A stretch of 64,000 bases of DNA, taken from NCBI GenBank assembly GCA_964016885.1, contig OZ024742.1, positions 105,834,001 through 105,898,000 on the forward strand, written 5' to 3'. The stretch comes from Eledone cirrhosa (lineage: Eukaryota). The notes below the pieces were generated by a model that saw only the letters and a list, made by a program, of their open reading frames with translations, was not told where the DNA came from and searched no databases. Below are positions 43,217 through 56,369 of the stretch, in pieces. How positions within the stretch are numbered: position 1 is the stretch's first letter; each line of letters begins with the position of its first letter. The position numbers and the translations under genes are program-made.

Positions 43217-43290
43217 TTCTGTGAGGGTGTGTTGTATTTATGAATTCAAATAATTTTCCGCCCTCTTTGAAATTATAAATTATCTTTTAA

Positions 43291-43362
<72 letters not shown>

Positions 43363-43368
43363 CTACAC

Positions 43369-43473
<105 letters not shown>

Positions 43474-43519
43474 ATATACACACATCTATTAATATACATA
43501 CGTACACGTAGAAACACAC

Positions 43520-43553
<34 letters not shown>

Positions 43554-44068
43554 TTATGTATAATTATATTGACTTCCACAACCTACTTAGTTATAATAGA
43601 TGTTTTCTTATATACTTTAACTTTTAATATATGCATTTAGGTCATTCACAGGAGTTTCTATCAAGATGCTTCTGTCATTGAAAGCCTACCAACTAGTTGC
43701 GCAAGTATTCGCAAACGTTCGTGGGAAATGCGCTAGGGCGATTGTGGAAATTCTCTCCCGTTGCTGAAAAATTTAGGCGTGAGAATGAAATAGCTTCCAT
43801 AATTAAGGATCTGAAGCTACTTCAGGTGTTTCGAACGGAGCTGCTTGAGACAACAATAACAACAACAACAACAACAACAACAAGAGCAAAAACAAGACAA
43901 TTAACAAAAAAAAGTGAAAACAACTGCAGCAACAATACCGAGAGCTCAACAGCAACTAACTAAACTCTGATTGGACAAAAGTTTCTGTCACGAGAGCAAA
44001 GTCGGCTGAGTTAATTTGGAGAAGACTAACCCTTTTACCTATCTATCTTTCTACCCCCCCCCCCTCTC

Positions 44069-44135
<67 letters not shown>

Positions 44136-44172
44136 CTCTCTATATATATCTATATATCTATCTATCTATCTT

Positions 44173-44280
<108 letters not shown>

Positions 44281-44451
44281 TTATTTATATATACATACTT
44301 AACCACATACGCGTATCTATAAAGATGAATGAGTGTCTGTGTATGTATGCATACACACACACACACACATATATAATATATATATATACGTACATATATA
44401 TACATATATATATGTATATATATATATATACATACATACATATACATATAC

Positions 44452-44525
<74 letters not shown>

Positions 44526-44776
44526 CTGTGCGTGCGTGTGCTTGAATACTTATTTCCCCACACACACCCACACACATAAACACACACATAAACACACACA
44601 CACCTACTAGTCATATATTTCTCTTATGTATGTTATTTATTTATTTATTGTTTAATTCTGCTAAGAAAATACCAGAATCTGTCAGTTATGTGACTGTATA
44701 TAAATTCCAAATCTAAGAATGCCAAAGCAATTTTCACACAATCTTTACGAACCTACATGAATACACACTCACATAC

Positions 44777-44855
<79 letters not shown>

Positions 44856-45229
44856 TTTATTTTACCCGCGAAGAAACACCTGGACAATTCATTTTGAAAC
44901 ATACCCCCTCCAATAAAAAAAGTAAAGAAACAAGATATACAACAATATGTTAATATATAAAAATGAAATACAGATGTCTAAATGAAAATAAAAGCCAGAA
45001 AACGTTTCCGTGAATTATTTAGCATTGTTGTCACCGATTACTACCGATTGTTAGACGATTGTACCGATGGCCAATTAAAAAAAAAAATCTTTTCAGGTGT
45101 ATATTATGTAAAACAGCCACATTCATTGTAATTAAAACGCGCGTATGTTAATTAAACCACATATGAACTACCAATAGGTTCATATATAATTAGGATTAAG
45201 TTTAGGCATACTTAACCTTGTTCTCTCTT

Positions 45230-45635
45230 GTCTTTAGTGGACGAGAGGGAAATGTTGCTCACCCCCATACTAATCCAAATTCAACCGTGAAAGCGCTTGG
45301 TTTAGTTAAGGTGTTCAGCTCACATTCGTGCAGTCGTGAGTTCAATTTATTGTCTTGCACTGAGTTAACAACCATGATAAACATATTCACTGGCAATAGT
45401 CGGCTGTGGTTGGTCTTCATGTACTTTTGCATGTCGTTTGAGCCCTCCTGCTGATCTACACTCTTTTCCACATGCTTGACAGGTATGATGTGTAGCATCT
45501 TCGACAGCAGCCTGGTAGTCAATCACTGGTCTCACTTTATGACTGAGAAGATGACCTTTGAGCCCAGCTTTGCTGAGCCAGTGTCTTGCACAGACGCTTC
45601 ATGTCAGCGCCATAGGAGGACCTTAGCTGTCTGGA
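45230..45635 (-). pseudogene. Decayed tandem C2H2 zinc fingers, probably the 3' end of an RTE-type LINE
   Basis: Minus strand reads CARHWLSKAGLKGHLLSH and TCQACGKECRSAGGLKRHAKVH (45417-45484). Interrupted by stops; no TGEKP linkers. Confidence 0.6.
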
Positions 45636-45703
45636 AATGTAACATACATACATACACACACACATACATACATACATAGATACCTTCATACATACATGTG
45701 TAT

Positions 45704-45780
<77 letters not shown>

Positions 45781-47799
45781 CTGTATATACATTAGCCACT
45801 GAGAATCGAATTCATGACCTTATGACTGTGAGCTGAACACCTGAACCACTATGTCACATGCCTTCTCAAGTTGAAAATATTTTGTGGTTGACCAATGCAA
45901 TGGAGGGAAGAGAGAGAAGGAGAAAAAGAATAAGAGCATGCGAGAGAAAACAGCCAGTAAATTATAACAGCAAAAATTAAAATCATTGACAGCTACTCCC
46001 TATTCTGTTGATGGATGAAACAACTGGTAAGCTCGTCGTCGAAATTGATAGAAGTCAAACAACATACACCAACTACAGAGACACGCCATTTAAAAAGAAA
46101 TTGAACAAGGATTGAACGATTTGAAACAACATAACTGCTGAAATGGAGATGATTGACAACTACTTAAATATGTTCAGCTAAATATGACCATCTAAACACG
46201 ACCAAAAGCGACCTGTGAAACACGATAATCTAAACACGATCAACTTAACACGATCAGCTAAACACGATATTCTAAACACGACCAACAACTACCTAAACAA
46301 CCATCCAAACACGAAGTGTAGAGTGGGGTGTTATTCATAAAATATTTGTCAGAAATATATTTACATCTCAATAAACAAGTTCGTTTTGAATCCAATTTAG
46401 AAAAGCTTAGAAATATAAATATATAAATATCTTCAATAAGGCCCAGGCTAACCAAAGGGAAGATCCTAGTAAATTACTTTAAAATAAAGAAACTTCACAT
46501 GCATTTCACCCCAATACAGTTTAAGTTCGCTGGTATTTCTAGTAACAGTTTTAGACTCGTCACCAAGTCTGTAATGTACAAATTGTTACCATCTTGTTAG
46601 TTCTACGTATGCGTACATCATTGTATACCATGCGGGATCGTTGAACGTAGGTAATGTTCAGCGACAGGTAAATATATCTTTTTTCTACTAATAATAATCA
46701 GAAAATCAGAACTCACTCTGAAGATCGACAAGTTTGGTCAGGATGAGCTATCTTAATTAATTAAGATAGTCAATTCTGTTCTTTTGTTGAGCCTTCTAGC
46801 TTTATGACACTTAACTCCTGAGGTGAGATGCTTGTGAAGTTTTTTTAATTTTATTTTAAAGTACTTTACTGGGATTTTTCCTTTGGTTAGTCTGTGCAAT
46901 TTAACTTTTTACATTGATAACGAAATAGCGAGAAAGCCGTAACTCAGTCGGCCCACCTGCGAAAATAGCATCTAAATTTCCCTCGAATTACACTCTACTG
47001 CTTAAAAAACAAACATGGACAAAATTGGTGATGTAGTTCTATATAAACTATGGCTGAGTAAAAAACACGAAATGCTCAGTGCTGTTGAAGTGAGTCATTT
47101 GCTCCTCCGTTTTTTAAAAAAAGTAACTGTTTCATCTCAAGGGAAGGGCACTGCCCATGCTTCTTTTCAACTAAAGGGAGGGAGAAAAGAAGGTATCATT
47201 TTGCTGGAAACTTGGCTCGAATACTTGTAAGAGTGTGTATCCACTAAAGGCATCAAACGACCAAGTGGTAGTGTTAAAGCAGGTGACGGGTTATGTTTAC
47301 TACTTAAGTAAGCCATAGTGGGATTGGAACCCTGAGCGCAGACAACCAGAACAAGTAATGCAAGTCCTTTCCTCCTACACTCTAACGACTCTATCAATTC
47401 TCAACCTAAATGAGGATACAAAGTAGCAATCATAGATAACACTGTCCTCATGTAATCATGATGCTAGTTGTTTCCGATAAAGATAGGGTTTCAGTAATTA
47501 ATACAGGAAACCGATGTGGGATTATTTATTCTGATCATTGTTCCATATTATTGGTTCTCAGTGTGCCGCCCTTAGTATAATGCCCGTGGGGTGGTTCTGG
47601 TAATGTGATGCAAATGTGGGATTGTTATTTAAAAAAATCGGAAACCCCTGTAGATTCAGAAACATTACTAAACGTTTGGAGAGAAAACTACACACCTGTG
47701 TTTGATTAAATATATTATATATGATAGAGGTGCGGTAAAAGCTGTATAATAAGAAGTAAAGCTATCTTCGAGTGGAATTGTGCGTCTCGATTGCAAATC

Positions 47800-48250
47800 A
47801 CGGTTTTAGCTATGTCACGTTAGTCACTAATAATTCCCAAACATGTTCCACCGACATGCCACTCTCAATGTCATAATAAAAGGGGGCCTCGACGTGGCCG
47901 GCTTCCCGTCGCAGCTGAAACTTGAAAGCTCCACCGTGGTGACGGTAAGCGCCCGATTGAATTATCCTCTTCCCGTTCGAAGGAGGTAAATCCCTCATCT
48001 GGGACGCACTCGCAATGCAGAAGACAGGAGGACAAGCAAATACCGGAGCTTGTCCGGCCGCTTCCTCTTTGCACAGATCGCTGTCGAGATCTTAGGCGTC
48101 CTCAGACCCTGAATAGCTGACCTCCTCCGCAAAATCGGATCGATAGCATCCCGTCTGAGGAAGGAGTCCCGCGGAGTGGAGTGGCTATTGCAGCAGGTGT
48201 CGCTGGCCATTGTCCGTGGAAATGCCTTTGCTGTTTTCTCCTCGTAGCAC
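47800..48250 (+). mobile_element. CRE-like RLE-domain fragment with C-terminus
   Basis: HATLNVIIKGGLDVAGFPS, HRGDGKRP, FPFEGGKSLIWDA, VSLAIVRGNA. Homologous to 22900-23110. Confidence 0.75.
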
Positions 48251-50324
48251 AGCCGAAACATCGTTCTGACCTAGGTGTAGAGTCTGTAACCCTCTCCCCT
48301 TCCACCCCCCACCCCTTCTTTCTTCCTTTGTCTAGTAGTCCTTGCTCTTCCCACCACTTTCCTCTCAATTATGGCATCTACAGCTCTTTCCAATACCGTT
48401 TTCTTTTTCTGTATATTTTAACCAAATAAAATTTGTATATCTTTTGGAAAACAAAAAGTTAAAAAGAGAAGCTGGATATGGCTGGAATAACTTCGGATCT
48501 ATTGTCTTGTTTTGAGAGTTTTTTTTACTTTTACTAAATCAATGTTGACCTGGATTATACTCCAACAACTGCAATTTTTTCATGTGCTTTCCCATCTGTT
48601 TCTCCCTTTTTCATATTTCTCACTATATTTTCTCATTCCCAAATACACAGTGTACCAATCTAGCGAATATACTTAAACTTAAGTGATTTGGGGTGGATAC
48701 CCACGTGACGGAGCCATATTTATCTTTAGTGTTTACAACTTATTAGTTTCTAACACTTTTCTGAATTTTGGGAGAATGTAGTCCCTAATATAAAAATTAG
48801 GATGGTCACTAGTCTTACCTAGGTCTAAACAACAACAACAACAACAACAACAACATCACTAGATAAATTTGGTTATCTTCAAGAGACTCAGTTTTATTTT
48901 CATATCACTTAGCCGGGTTTTAAAGGAGATGTTTATTATCAATTGAATTGATATTCATGTGACCAAATGGGATTCCTCTGAAAGATTTCTAGAGTAACTT
49001 AACTTGATAGAGTGAGTAGCTTCTATCTCGGGTGAATGAAAGACAATTTCAGTTGTATTCAAAGTCAGAATTTTAAGAAATGAAAGTTATATATTGTAAG
49101 AACGTTTAATTCGGTTTTCTTATGATTCAACCATATGTCATTCTTAATTTTTTTATATCTGAAATTTTTAGAACAATGGGTTAGCAAAATGAGTAGATCA
49201 TCGCTGTTGATAAATGGGCTATTGGGGTTTAGTATAATCGATTGTCCCCTTTATAGTCATGAACCTATTAGAAATCAACAAAGAACATGTCTCGTACCGT
49301 GGTTTAACAAATCAGCAGTGTGACTGATAAAAGTCCTTGTGAGATTTAATTTCACTTTGGGTTAAACACTTGCTTATATCAACCTTACTCTTCATTCTAA
49401 CTCTCAGATACCTGTCTGCTAGAAATAACAAATAAACTTCCCCAAATCGACCTCTAATGCCTTCAAAAATAGAGGATACATTGGGTAAATAAGCAAAAAA
49501 TAAACGAAACAATGGGTCGTCACGGCTTGAATGACTTTCATCATCTGTCTGTTCAACCAAGGCAGATATAGGGTTAACCTGTAAGAAAAGAGACATAAGG
49601 TTAGTTAAATGTATATTTTTAAGCGGATATCACAATCAATATTTGACCTCTGCTGACCAAGAATATTCCTCGTCTGGTACAGCACTCACCATAAATATCA
49701 GTAATATACTTGGGCTCATTCATATGACTAAACATCTTACCCCCCCCCCCCCCCAAAAAAAAAACACACCATCAAATAACAAAGGAATGATTAGCTTGAA
49801 GTCTTGTGAATAAAAATCAATATTTAAGTTTCAGATATGAAAGCAAAACCCCAAACAAATTAAATTAAAATTTCATATTTAATAACCATTATGTGCTTTA
49901 CCTCAGTATATTGCAACCATGGTAATCGATGACTCATGCATGAATGGAACTTTAGTTTGTAGATACATTGTCAGTCACCTGATAAAAACGTTTAGGTCTC
50001 ATGTGATGACTGAAGATATATTATGCTGTTTAAAATTAATTTAAGAAAGTTTCAACGTACTTTGAACCTCGTTTCCGCTCTAGTTGCTTTCCATTTTTCT
50101 CCTAACGTTCTTTTTTGTTGCCATTGTATTGTTGTTGTTATTGTTGTTATTATTGTTATTGTTCTTGTTCTTGTTAAAGAGAAGATTATCATTATTAATA
50201 AAGACAAAATTGTTATAAATATTGTTATTGATTTTGTTGTTTTTCTTTTGTAGTAATCGCAGTAATTATGGTATTGGAAGTAACACTTTTTATTGATGTT
50301 ATTGTTTTCATTGTTGTTGTAGCT

Positions 50325-50370
<46 letters not shown>

Positions 50371-50546
50371 CCATCATCATCATTATATTATTATTATTAT
50401 CATTATTATTATTAGTAGTAGTACTGGGAGAAGAAGGAGCATCATATTATTTTGATTGTTTTGTTGTTTATATTATGTTAACGAAAACGTAATAAAGGAA
50501 AAAGGTTTTTATCGTTGTAATTGTTTCGTATTAGAAGTTGCAGCAT

Positions 50547-50602
<56 letters not shown>

Positions 50603-51803
50603 TTTTGTCTCCATATCATACAGTTGCCTTACGCTAGGTCCATACAGTGTAAATAATTGCGGTTGATCTTTGCTGTTTGTTCGTTTAGTTGATTTTTAAT
50701 ATCGTTTGATAAAAGGCTCCTTTCATGACTGAAGGAATGTTGATTCAACTTATTCTCATACAGGGACGTGGGAGGTGTTGGGGGTTATATGGAAAGTATG
50801 CGTGATGCTCGTTTGGTTGCGTCGACAATCAAACAATGGCATCGTTCTATTTCCGGTGAAACGGCGATGAAATGTCTGCAAAATAAAACCGCCATGCTTG
50901 TTTGAATAAATCTCTAACAAGCCTGTTAACAACAACAGTTAATACTTAATATCTCACCGCCACTTAAATGGCTTCTGTGAAATACCACGTGATTGATATC
51001 AAAGGCAAGTAAGAAACCAATATTAGAAAGGAGTAATAATGATAATAACAATAAGAATAACAACAATAGCAACAGAAGAAGAAGAAGAAGAAGAAGAAGA
51101 AGAAGAAGAAGAAGAAGAAAAAGAAGAAGAAGAAGAAGAAGAAGAAGAAGAAGAAGAAGAAGAAGAAGAAGAAGAAGAAGAAGAAGAAGAAGAAGAAGAA
51201 GAAGAAGAACAACAACAACAACAACAACAACAACAAAAGCAACAACAACAACAATAAGACGAAGAAGAAATATTTAATTTTTTTGACCTGATAAAGCCGT
51301 CAAAGGGGATTTAACAAAGGTTTGATATGAAATATTAAAGTAAACAAATGTAGCATTAATACATAAACACACTCATATACATACAGAGACACACACTCGC
51401 ACATACATACACAGGCATTTGCACAGATACACACATGTGCCAATATCCATTACATACTTTCATTACATACTGCTTAAATCCACACAGACACACAGAGTTC
51501 AAATCATTGATATGTGTGTATATATAGGTATTTCTTCCTTTCTCTGTATATATATATATATAATAAACATATATACATATTTATATATATAAATATATAT
51601 ACCTATTTATATATATAAATATATATACATATATATATATGAACATATATACATATTTATACATATTTATACATATATATATATACATATTTATATATAT
51701 ATACATATTTATATATATACATATTTATATATATATACATATTTATATATATACATATATATAGATATGCATATTTATATATATAAATATATACATATAT
51801 ATA

Positions 51804-51864
<61 letters not shown>

Positions 51865-52173
51865 ATAATAAACATATACACATATTTATATATATAAACA
51901 TATATACATATTTATATATATATAAACATATATACATATTTTATATATATACATATATACACATATACATATTTATATATATAAATATATATACATTTAT
52001 ATATGTATACATATTTATACATATATACATATACATACATATACATATTTATATATAAACATATACATACATACACATTTATATATATATACATATACAT
52101 ACATACTTATATATATATGTATGAATGTATACATGCCTGTATATATATACATACACACACACACACATACACC

Positions 52174-52260
<87 letters not shown>

Positions 52261-52799
52261 GTAAATATATATATACATGCCTATATATATATATATAAAT
52301 GCATATACATACACACATACACACATATTATATATATATATGTATGTATATATACAAAAGCATATTTCTCTATATATATATACTGCAAGCATTGGTGTAT
52401 ACATATAGGCATGTATACATTCATACACATATTCAAAATATAGAAGCAGCTGGAGCTTTTCAACCGGAACAATGTTAGCTCATATCCGGAAACTGGCATT
52501 GTCCATATAATCTGACAAAGAATGGTGTAACTGTCACTGACCCAGTCTCCGCCCATTGATATGAACTAATTATCATAATGGGACATGGTCTATCTCAGGT
52601 GTGTGATGGACTTTCGTCGGCTCCGACGCCGAGTATTTCACTTGTTTGATCTACGAAACAACTTTCCCGTGAAATTCACGTGAAAGTTGTCGATTGGTAA
52701 TTGTTTTAAATTTATGTATTTTATGAAAAAGGAAAAGAAAAAAAATGATGTAAACGGAAGTAACGAGAAAGTGGGAGGAAGCGGCAGAATTTACACACC

Positions 52800-53175
52800 A
52801 GTCTCGGTAGTATATTTCAGCTGCGTCCCCCGGGCTCCTATTCTTCTGAATGTTGCAGACTAAAATTCTGCAGTTTAGGAGCCCAAGACACTGCGAATGG
52901 CACGAAAAACGAAGCTGCCAGTCAAGACTGGGTATCTTCACTCCCCTGCATTACGGGCAGCAGTGCTCAGGATTTTGACCGAAGTGACAAGGTTGGAGGC
53001 AAGGAACGTGTCGCAACATGTGGCGTCCCAGATTAGAGATTTACCCACTTTGAACAGGATCGATCTATCCTGTCTGAACGCTTGCCATCAAAAGTTTCGA
53101 GGTCGATAGGCTCCAGTTGTGATGAGAAATTGATCACGTCAAGGATCCTTCTGATGACGTCGTTCAACGTGTACA
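52800..53175 (-). mobile_element. CRE-like RLE-domain fragment
   Basis: Minus strand reads LFKVGKSLIWDATCCDTFLASNL..STAARNA. Confidence 0.7.
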
Positions 53176-54499
53176 CTATGTAAATTGTTTATCAATATTT
53201 AAAGCTTTCAGGAGGAAGGGATTTGCATGTTGTGGGATAAATGTCTAATGTGTCGAACTAAGTAAATTTCTAGGTTGCTTTATTCTCGATAACACGAAAT
53301 CAGTTGATGAGCCGTAGCTGGACTCCCACAGGATTAAACCTTGTCTATCTCGTTCTTAGACGGGTTTGATCAGCCTGCACTGAAAATCATAGAGAAAATT
53401 GAGTTTAAGATCGCTAAGAAAAATAGGGTGAGGGGTGGGCTGGTTCCTACGGTCTTCAGTATTTTGTGTGTTGTGATTTTGGTTTTCTTGCATGTGTTAG
53501 TAATGGTGTTAGGAAGGAGTATTTTCCATGTAATGATGTTTGTTTCATATACGTTCTTTGCATTACCGGAAAAGATGTGGGCATTAGGAGGTTGGTTGAA
53601 ATATGATATAATTATTTTGGGTGTGTAGAAAGGGATTAGAAAGGGGGCGAACAGGTAATACATATATTTAACTTCCACCTCGTGTACATTGCTCTTCTCA
53701 TTCGTTTGTAGAAACACATGACAAAGACAATGGAAAAAACAACGAAGGATCGGGCTGTCCTATTTCCCCAGTCAGCTTTTGGAACGGACTACTGTTTCGG
53801 TGCATTAAAGTTGATACCGCTCATTCCAGTGCACATGGGACGTTACAAAACAGAGACAGGACAAGTTGGGCCTTTTGGCGAATAAACAAATAAGATAAAA
53901 AGTATCCCAAGTTTATCAACTGATAAAAAAGGGAGAGAACGATGCGCGAGGGTTTAGCAAAAGGAGAAAAGAATGCAGGAAGAGAGAAACAAAGAAGAAT
54001 ATGGAGAGTAGTCCATATTGTAGTCAAAGATAAAAGGGAGAATAGAAGACGGACTTGGCTAAGTCATTAGAATAGGAATTCAATATAGAGGAGGGCCGCA
54101 CAGGGCAAAGACAATGGAAAAAAACAACGGAAAAACGGCCAGTCTCATCTCCTCAGTCAACCTCTGGAAATTACTAGGGTTTCGGATCAATTAAGGTTTG
54201 TACTACCCCATTCCAGTGCACATTGTGAAATATATATATTTGTCAGGTGGTGCTATTTAGTTAGACATGGCCTGGGCCAATACTGGCCGAAACCTATCAC
54301 AGTTGTCAAAGTTATATATGTGTGTGTTTGCGTGTGTGTAGCAAACATAACTGGAAAGGCAAAAGGAAAAGAGTGCTCTATTTAATGAAAAAGTGAAAAT
54401 CTATGATTCGTACACTCAACATGTACTGCGCTACATTGCTACCTTCGCCAGATGAATTAAGACTTTGAGTTGCCGCTCTGTCTGGTGTATTTTGAACCA

Positions 54500-54538
<39 letters not shown>

Positions 54539-54678
54539 CACACACAAACCCAGCCCCCCACCCACACACCCACACGCACACACAAACACACACACACACA
54601 TACACACACACATATATATATATAGTTCAAGATTTAAAATGACAAAGATATACAATTACGCAAAGTCGTATTAGTTTC

Positions 54679-54719
<41 letters not shown>

Positions 54720-55258
54720 AGCATACATACATACATGTATGCAGGTGAAGTGTATGATCGAAATGGGGAGAGCATGTATGTAAATGCAGTCATGTGAGAC
54801 AGGACTGCATGCATGCGTTTATATATATATATATATATGGGGGTGGGGTGTATGTGTGTGTGTGTGCACGCGTGTGTGTGTTTGTGTGCGTTTGTGTGTG
54901 CGGGCGTATGTATATTTGAGTATGTGTTTGTGTGTATGTAGAAACATGTGTATGAGATGGAAACGAAAAGTACTGCTGGAAAATGAAAAGGATTTATTGT
55001 AATTTAAAGAAAGATATTTTTTCCAGCACATTCCTGCATATATTTATATGATTTCATCCATATCCCACATTATCGCAGTTGCTCACCCCCTTTCATCCAT
55101 ATCTATCTCTCATATATTCAGAATGAATGGAATATAGTAACATGGAAATACTAGGTCGATTAATTTAATATCTCTACTACAAAAAAAAAACAGCAACAAA
55201 AACAAACAAACAATAAAGACGAAAATTAAAACGACGTCTTGCGAATATTTTAGAAACG

Positions 55259-55752
55259 ATTGAGCCAGTAAGTTCGCAACATTGAGCCTGTAAGTTCGCA
55301 ACATTGAGCCTGTAAGTTCGCAAAATTGAGCCTGTAAGTTCGCAACATTGTGCCTGTAAGTTCAACATTGAGCCTTTAAGTTCAACATTGAGCCTGTAAG
55401 TTCAACATTGAGCAAGTAAGTTCAACATTGAGCCTGTAAGTCCAACATTCAGCCTATAAGTTCAACGTTGAGCCTGTAAGTTCAACATTGAGTCTGTAAG
55501 TTAGCAGCATTGAGCCTGTAAGTTCAACTTTGAGCCTGTAAGTCCAACATTCAGCCTATAAGTTCAACGTTGAGCCTGTAAGTTCAACATTGAGTCTGTA
55601 AGTTAGCAGCATTGAGCCTGTAAGTTCAACATTGAGCCTGTAAGTCCAACATTCAGCCTATAAGTTCAACGTTGAGCCTGTAAGTTCAACATTGAGTCTG
55701 TAAGTTCGCAGCATTGAGCCTGTAAGTTCAACATTGAGTCTGTAGGTTCGCA
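55259..55752. repeat. Minisatellite, 20-22 bp unit AACATTGAGCCTGTAAGTTC(GC)
   Basis: About 24 head-to-tail copies without spacers. Variant units recur in higher-order blocks. Confidence 0.9.
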
Positions 55753-56369
55753 GCTTTCTGCCGGTATGTAAATGGCACGAGTGAATGGATCTACTCTCGG
55801 TATAGGCTGGAGAAGGAAAACCCGAAGAGGACCGTCATCCGGAGCGATTAGAGTTGACCATATGTTTGCGGGGTGCCCAAATATTTTAACTTTATTTTTT
55901 TTTAAATTTATTTTCTTCAAAATACATGAACGAGACCCCCCCCCCCCACGTTGAGCCTGCTGTCGCGTGACAGTGGCTCAAACGCTGAGAGGAGGAATAC
56001 CGTCCTCACTAAATGCACTATTATGAACAATGTAAAAATTACAACCACAACATCCAGCATCGGTAGCAACAACACTAACAAAGAAATTAGCAACAGCAAC
56101 AACGACAACATCACCACCACCAACAACAACTTGAACAATATCAGCATTAACAGCAATAGAAAGAACGAAACAAGTAAAAGAAACAACAACAACAACATCA
56201 GCAACAACGACAACATCACCACCACAACAACAATAATGTGAACAATGACACAACCAGCACCAGCAACAGCAGCTACAACAACAACAACATCAACAACGAG
56301 AACAATGAAAACCAACAGCAACAACGACTACAATGACATAAATAACATCTACAACAAAACGAACAATAA

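Noticed and set aside
49312-49596. Apparent exon with a good acceptor (TTTTCTTACAG) on the minus strand
   Set aside because: The sequence resembles a dispersed repeat seen elsewhere in the window (for example 6305-6470), and there is no recognisable protein.
50764-50795. Possible micro-exon (CAG|GGACGTGGG...GGAAA|GTATG)
   Set aside because: Too short to distinguish from chance without transcript data.
55259-55752. CRISPR-like regular repeats
   Set aside because: No unique spacers, no cas genes, eukaryotic context; it is a minisatellite.
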